Source: Octopus vulgaris (taxonomy: Eukaryota). From it: a stretch of 64,000 nucleotides of DNA. How positions within the stretch are numbered: the first letter of the stretch is position 1; each line of letters opens with the position of its first letter. This document shows, piece by piece, positions 56,658 to 64,000 of this stretch. Both the position numbers and the translations under genes were made by a program. The DNA lies in NCBI GenBank assembly GCA_951406725.2, contig OX597824.1:15810001-15874000 (forward strand), written 5' to 3'. The notes below the pieces were generated by a model. That model was not told where the DNA came from. It ran no database searches and worked only from the letters and a program-made list of their open reading frames with translations.

Positions 56658-57472
56658 GATTCATGTTCCATATTAGATTTTCTTTAAGAAATTTTTCTTA
56701 CCCTCTCACTCAACCATTTTCTATTTATGAAGAAAGGGACCTGTAGACAGACCCTCACGACTTTTTTTCACAATGCAGCTGAACTGCATCCAAGGTAAAA
56801 AGGGCATACTAATCCTAGTAATTCTAATTGTGTATTATTTATTAATTAGGGAAAGATAAAAGTCAACGTTGGCACCTGCTGGATTTGAACTCCAGCCGGA
56901 GTTCTAACGTGTTTGTCAGTTCGTGTGTCTTTATCTTAAACATTGATAATAATTTTGTCGCACGCTCTACCAATTCTCACGTTGATTTTGATCGCTTTAT
57001 CACTATAAGGCTTCGATCATAGATCGAAACAGAATTGTTTGTACAATTGCTTATAAGGTGGAAGCATATTACTCGCTGTTGACCTTAGGACACCTGTAAC
57101 TAAATATGTGTGCATGTATGCGCTCAGATATGCGCATGCGCGAATATATATATGTATATATATGTGTGTGTGTGTGTGTGTGTATGTGCTTGTGTGTGAT
57201 TGTGTGTGCGTGTGTGTGTTTGTCTGTGTCATTGTGGGAGAGTCGGTGTGTCTGTACACACACGCACACACATACACACACACGTACAGACATACGTATG
57301 TATGCACGCACACACACACACACACACACACACATAAAAGCACATGTATATACACCCACTCATACATATTTACATATACATACACATATATACGTATCTC
57401 TCTCTCTCTCCTTTTACTATCTCTCCCTTTCTCACTTTATATATGTGCGTATACACACACTTTATATATACG

Positions 57473-57507
<35 letters not shown>

Positions 57508-57510
57508 TTA

Positions 57511-57556
<46 letters not shown>

Positions 57557-57634
57557 CATACATATATACTTACATACATGCATACATACATACATACATA
57601 CATACATACATACATACATACATACATACATACA

Positions 57635-57667
<33 letters not shown>

Positions 57668-58331
57668 GGCAGGAGTTGTCATGGTTCATGTATGACAGAG
57701 AATAATAGAAGGCTGGGTTCGATTCTCGAAACCTTCATCTGATGGGAAGCTACGTTAATGGCATTTTCGTGTAAGATATTCCTGCAGTCATTCCTTATAT
57801 TCATTAAGTCTTTGAGAGTATTTTAGCTTACCATTAACGCAACACGGAATGTCAATATACTGCAAGATCACACTCAGAAATCTCCGCAAAACACACACGA
57901 AATTACGCACAAAATGTGAGCGTGTATGTGTGTGTAGGTGCGTGGGTGTATGCGTGCGTGTGTATATAGGTGTATGTATCTGTGTGTCTGTACACATCTG
58001 TGTGTGTGTGTATGTGTGTGTCAGCAAATATTTTTGTGTGTAAGTTTTTCGGCAATTGTAAACTGTCAAGGAAGTTCTTAGAATCGGTGGAAGAAATCTA
58101 ATATGGTTAATTCGGAAGCGTTTTAAATTATGGGTACAGATGCAATCATCATATCACCAAAACTTATTTGCTTCCTTTCTCTTGTGACACGCACACGCAC
58201 ACACATTACACACGCGCACACACACACACACATACACACACACATACATATACGCACACACACGTCCCCCTGCACTGACACACATTCATATATATATATA
58301 TACACACACACACATCTATATACATAAAAAC

Positions 58332-58403
<72 letters not shown>

Positions 58404-58750
58404 AAAAACAAAAACAAAAACAAATATACATATATACGCACAAATATAAGAGAGGGTCCACTATGTGTACGCTCTTGCGCTAAAAATAGATCCGCAATGG
58501 TCTCAACCACCAAGAATTGTTCCCAAGGAGAATTAGCACAACTATGAACTTAAGCGAGCAGGACAAATGAAAAATAACAAAAATGTAGATTAATTCTAGA
58601 CAATTGTTTCACTGTTAATAGATTATGTAATGTTACTTACACAATAAATCCAAAGCTCATCAGTAGAATTCGTCATGAATGAAGCATGTGTGTGTGTGTG
58701 TGTGTGCGTGTCACAAGAGAAAGGAACCAGATAAGTTTTGGTGATATATA

Positions 58751-58895
58751 TATAAGGTTGTCCCAAAAGTTCGTAGAAAGTCTTGGAAAATAATGGTCTT
58801 TATTTTGAGGAATAATTTTTGTTGTTTTTGTTAGTACTTGGCGAGTAAAAATTCAATTTTCGCAAGTGTTTACGAACTTTTGGGACAACCTAATA
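58751..58895. mobile_element. Mariner-type MITE
   Basis: Perfect 21-bp TIR AGGTTGTCCCAAAAGTTCGTA (58755-58775 / 58871-58891), TA flanks, similar to the TIR at 13790. Confidence 0.85.
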
Positions 58896-60325
58896 TATAC
58901 TTATATATGTGTGTGTGAGTGTGTGTATATATACATATACATACATATATACACGCAATATATACACTTATATATTTATAATGTATATATAATATATGTA
59001 AGTGTATATATGTGTATGTATGTATATGTGTATGGGTGTAGGTGTGTGTGTATGATATTTATATATACTGCATACTACATGCTTACTTACATATCTATCT
59101 ATCCATCCATCTGGCCATCCATTCATCCATCCATCCATACATACATACATACATCCATCCATCCATCCATACATACATACATACATACACGAATACATAC
59201 ATACATACATACATACATACATACATACATACATACATACATACATACATACATACATTTCGGGTGTTAGATTAGCAGAGTCATTAGGGCATTGGGCAAA
59301 GTGACATCTATTTCTTCAGACACTCTGAAGGTAAGTTCATATCCAGCCGAAGTCAACACTGATTTTTGCCATTTCAAGCTCGATGTAAAAGTACCATTCC
59401 AAAACAGTGAATCAACAGAACTGTTAAAGAATTCAGAAAGATGTTCCGAGGTACATGTTTTGAGGTTTCGTGTTGTGCTAGCAATGCCTTCGAGGAGACT
59501 ACTGCCAAGTTGTATCGGTCCTAGTTGGCAGGCGTTCTTTACAATAAACATCAGTAGAGTGAAATAGGGTGACTTGCAAGCATAAGTAACAAACAATCTT
59601 CCTACAATCATATCGTGTCCAAGCCGCGAAATGTTTTCCCCACAGGAGTAAGGAATGCACGGAGCTGACTAGAAAGGAAGAAAGGATAAAAGTCGCTCTG
59701 CTCTAATTGGCTGTATGCAAATGAGTTCATTACTGGGGTCCGGAACTCTCGTGGGAAAAATTCCCGTCCAGGTTTGCATTTTCATAATGCAGATGCACGG
59801 ATAATCCCGAAAAACGGGGGCTTTTGCATCAATCCATCCATCCATCCATCCATCCATCCATACATACATACATACATTCATGCATCGATCCATGCATCCA
59901 TTCATCCATCCATGCAAATATAATTATTTAGGACATTGAAGAAAAGAGAAGCATGCACACTCTTAGGTTTTTGCTGCTCTGTGGTCAAAATTGCTTCCAA
60001 AATAAAGGAGAAACAACTGGCTCAAAACATGCAGTTCCACCTGCCTGATTATAAAATCATATTTACTTTAAAACTATTAGTACATTTGTTTATGTTAGGA
60101 AATGTCTACCTAAGTGGAAAAGTTAAGATTTTCAGGCAAAGAACGATACCAGTTAACACGCATTTAACAGATGCAATCGATAAATTGAACAATAAAGATA
60201 TGCATAATTTTTGTTAAGTCCAGCTTGTGACATTGATGGATGTTATATTCCAGTGAAGGAGGTTTGATTAATTGTTAGAAAGCAGCTTCTTCCTTCTAGA
60301 AAGAATCCTAGTAAATTAAAGCCAT

Positions 60326-60384
<59 letters not shown>

Positions 60385-60388
<4 letters not shown>

Positions 60389-60548
60389 ACACATTATCTC
60401 TCCTTGTTTTTTTTTGTGTCCCTTTCTGTAGAAGAGCGTAGGCTCGAAACGTAAAAGAATTTTTCTATTCCTGAGCGTTATACTAATACATCTGTTTGTT
60501 TTATACACCACCTGTCTTCGTCTTTTGTTTTATTTTTTCGTGAACTCT

Positions 60549-60550
<2 letters not shown>
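60385..60550 (+). mobile_element. Penelope-like pLTR fragment with minimal hammerhead-like motif
   Basis: 60422-60457 CTTT-CTGTAGA-AGAGCGTAGGCTC-GAAA-CG-TA-AAAG; between (TA)n runs. Confidence 0.65.
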
Positions 60551-60597
<47 letters not shown>

Positions 60598-60797
60598 GTA
60601 TATATCATTCTGTACCCATATCATCATCACCATCATTATCATCATTAACATCATTATGTTCCTCCAACGGCAAAATGTACGGCCGGTTTGCTGGTCTTAA
60701 AAATAGGACATAACATTACATCGCTGTTCGAAATAGCATAATGCTAAGCAGCAGCAGCAGAAGCAGCAACAACAACAACGATAACACCAACAGCATC

Positions 60798-60832
<35 letters not shown>

Positions 60833-60869
60833 CTTCAATGGCAACAACAATAAACGCAGCCATAGCAGC

Positions 60870-60923
<54 letters not shown>

Positions 60924-61491
60924 TTAAGTCGATGGATAATCTGATGCCATACATCGACATAGTGTCACAAGTCGGAGAGCAATTGGTTCTTTACTTTGCG
61001 CAACGTCAATAAGCTTTTCCATTCACCATGAAGACTTAAGAGAGAGAGAGAGAGGAGAGAGAGAAAGGCGAGAGAATAAACAGAGAAAGAAGGAGTGAGT
61101 ATAAAGGGTGACGCAGAGAGAGACGAATAGACAGCGTCAGAGAAAATAAATGCAGAGTTCCAGCATCATCATCATCAGCGTCAGAAGCAGCCACAGTAGT
61201 AGTAGTAGCAGCAGCAGCAGCAGCAAATTTCTTATACAGGAATGCCATTATTTTCCAGGTAGCTGATAAGTGATTGGCTGTCGTCGTTGTCAAATGCCTC
61301 GCTTTAAAACTTCCTATTTTTATGACATTTGTTTGGCGTGTGCAAAACATTTTCAATGTTTACCCAATACAATGGCATAGATGGCGACAGTACATCTATA
61401 TCTATATCTGTCTCTTTGTCTTTCTCTGTCTGTCTGTCTGTCTGTCTGTCTGTCCATCTGTCTGTCTGTCTATCTATCACCCCTATAACTA

Positions 61492-61680
61492 TACTCTTTT
61501 ACTCTTTTACTTGTTTCAGTCATTTGACTGCGGCTATGCTGGAGCACCGCCTCCAGGACTTATTCTTTGTAAGCCCAGTACTTATTCTATCGGTCTCTTT
61601 TGCCGAACCGCTAAGTGACGAGGACGTAAACACACAAGCATCGGTTGTCAAGCAATGCTAGGGGGACAAACACAGACACA

Positions 61681-61740
<60 letters not shown>

Positions 61741-61911
61741 CATATATACGACAGGCTTCTTTCAGTTTCCGTCTACCAAGTCCACTCACAGGGCATTGGT
61801 CGGCCCGAGGCTATACCAGAAGACACTTGCCCAAGATGCCACGCAGTGGGACTGAACCCGGAACCATGTGGTTGGTCAGCAAGCTACTTACCACACAGCC
61901 ACTCCTGCGCC
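61492..61911 (-). mobile_element. SINE group A
   Basis: Near-full reverse copy with a short deletion in the tail. Confidence 0.9.
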
Positions 61912-61938
61912 TATATATACATCGTAGATACATCATAC

Positions 61939-62003
<65 letters not shown>

Positions 62004-62594
62004 AACATAGATAGATGGACTCAAAAGTAATCCATTGTCAACAGAAAAAGAGAAAGTACTCAATACATAGCATAAAATACTTTTTCTAACTACGTTACTT
62101 TTTTCTCGCAGCTGGAGTTTCCCGCCACTGCGATCATCAGGCAAGAAAACTTTTATATGGATATTCTAACTTGTTTTCTATACAAAAGAGTGAATTCTTA
62201 AACAAAAAGAAATGCAGAATATTTCATTTCCTTCTATTTTCTCCATGAAACCCTAAACTTTTGTGCTTCTCGTTAACCCCATGACAAGTTGCACGTTCTA
62301 ATCCGGAAATGTTTGTGCGTGCATGCGAAGGTGGATTTTTGCTGCCTTCCTTAGTGTGACTTTAAAGAAGCACCGTTTTGACGTTTCTATCCAATTCTTA
62401 GAGAGAGCCAAAGAAGAAAATTGAATTTGGTGCTTTCTTTGTACTTTATCTACCGACCCCAAATTATGGAAAGTACGGTTGACTGCAGTAGAAACTGAAC
62501 AGAAGTTGCACAAACAGAACAAAAAGATTATCTTCGATGCCCTAACGATTCTTTTTCTGTTGCCTCATCCACTCAGTTATAATTTTTTTTTGTT

Positions 62595-62749
62595 CGTGGC
62601 TGTGTGGAAAGTAGCTTGCTTACCAACCACGTGGTTCCGGGTTCAGTCCTACTGCGTCGTAGTTTGGGCAAGTGTCTTCTACTATAGCCTCATACCGACC
62701 AAAGCCTTGTGAGCGGATTTGGTAAATGGAAACTGGAGGAAGCCCGTCG

Positions 62750-62799
<50 letters not shown>

Positions 62800-62987
62800 T
62801 ATATGTGTTTGCGTGTCTGTGTTTGTCCCCCGACGAACATCGCTTGACAACCGAAGGTGGTGTGTTTACGTCCCAAAAACTTAGCAGTTCGGCAAAAGAG
62901 ACCGATAGAATAAGTACTAGGCTTACAAAGAATAAGTCCTGGGGTCGATTTGCTCGACTAAAGGCGCAGTCAAGCAAGTAAAAGAGC
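62595..62987 (+). mobile_element. SINE group A
   Basis: Head, internal microsatellite, tail. Confidence 0.9.
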
Positions 62988-63392
62988 ATACACTTGCGGA
63001 CATCGTTATCTATTGTTACCGTTTAGAATCACGTGAAGCCTAATTGAGCAAAACCCACGATGAAGCTAATACTAACACTTACCTTTCGCTTCTAATAAAA
63101 TCTAGGACTTTTATATTGAGTGTATTCCTCCTTGTGTATGACGGAGCGGATATTTGACAACTATTTTTAGCGTGTCGATCAACTAAGCAGTTATTTTCTC
63201 GTTGGCCGTAATCAAAGCATGGTTTTTCTGAGGTAATACTTCCGAATTGTCTCTGAATATTTCCACCTGTACTGGAGACAATTCTGCTATGTTTGCGGGC
63301 AGAATATTTGTCAGTTCTAGCTCTTCATATCCAGAGATCAAGAAATATATCTAATCCAATTCTCAGGATAGTAAGAGAGTGCTTTGCAATCT

Positions 63393-63451
<59 letters not shown>

Positions 63452-63593
63452 ATCTATCTATCTATGTGTCTATCTATATCTATGAATCTATCTATACTTA
63501 CATATACATTCACACAATCGTACATACACAAACATACATATGTAAATACATATGCATATACATATACATATAGAAATACATATACATACATAT

Positions 63594-63902
63594 ATACTCT
63601 TTTACTTGTTTCAGGACTTATTCTTTGTAAGCCCAGTACTTATTCTATCGGTCGCTTTTGCCGAACCGCTAGGTGACGGGGACGTAAACACACCAGCATC
63701 GGTTGTCAAGCAATGCTAGAGGGACAAACACAGACACACAAACATATACACACACATACATACATATATAGACTTCTTTCAGTTTCCGCTTACCAAATCC
63801 ACTCACAAGGCTTTGGTCGGCCCAAGGTGCCACGCAGTGGGAATGAACCCGGAACCATGTGGTTGGTTAGCAAGCTACTTACCACACAGCCTCTCCTGCG
63901 CC
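63594..63902 (-). mobile_element. SINE group A with internal deletions
   Basis: Reverse copy. Confidence 0.85.
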
Positions 63903-63914
63903 TATATTCTTTTA

Positions 63915-64000
63915 TTCGTTTTTACTCTTTTATTTGTTTCAATCATTTTGACTGCGCCCATGCTGGAGCACCACCTTTAGTCGAGCAAATCGATCCCAGG
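63915..64000 (-). mobile_element. SINE group A 3' end, running off the window
   Basis: CATGCTGGAGCACCACCTTTAGTCGAGCAAATCG tail. Confidence 0.8.

Overview
AT-rich eukaryotic non-coding DNA saturated with microsatellites ((TA)n, (TG)n, (TATC)n, (TACA)n, (TTA)n, (CCA)n) and short mobile elements. The repeat landscape strongly suggests an octopus (coleoid cephalopod) genome; this is an inference from recalled repeat families. No intact host protein-coding gene is visible, and almost all ORFs in the track are microsatellite or SINE translations. Three tRNA-derived SINE groups recur: A (CORE-type with an internal TA/TG microsatellite, about 13 copies), B (GCCTTTCATCCTTTCGGGGTCGAT central domain, often concatemeric, including a 7-unit array at 5612-6940) and C (one head, two alternative tails). 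There are also remnants of mariner, Tc1, pogo/Tigger-like, hAT and Helitron elements, an R4/Dong LINE 3' end in (TAA)n, two CR1/L2-group LINE 3' fragments and Penelope-type pLTR fragments with hammerhead-like motifs. The most notable signals are (1) a type I hammerhead with an intact core and an unusual branched, roughly 76-nt stem II at 24455-24557, (2) dispersed minimal hammerheads carrying shared non-canonical core variants, and (3) a SINE that repeatedly forms head+(body-tail)n concatemers with a fixed palindromic junction. Family names come from memory, not database searches.
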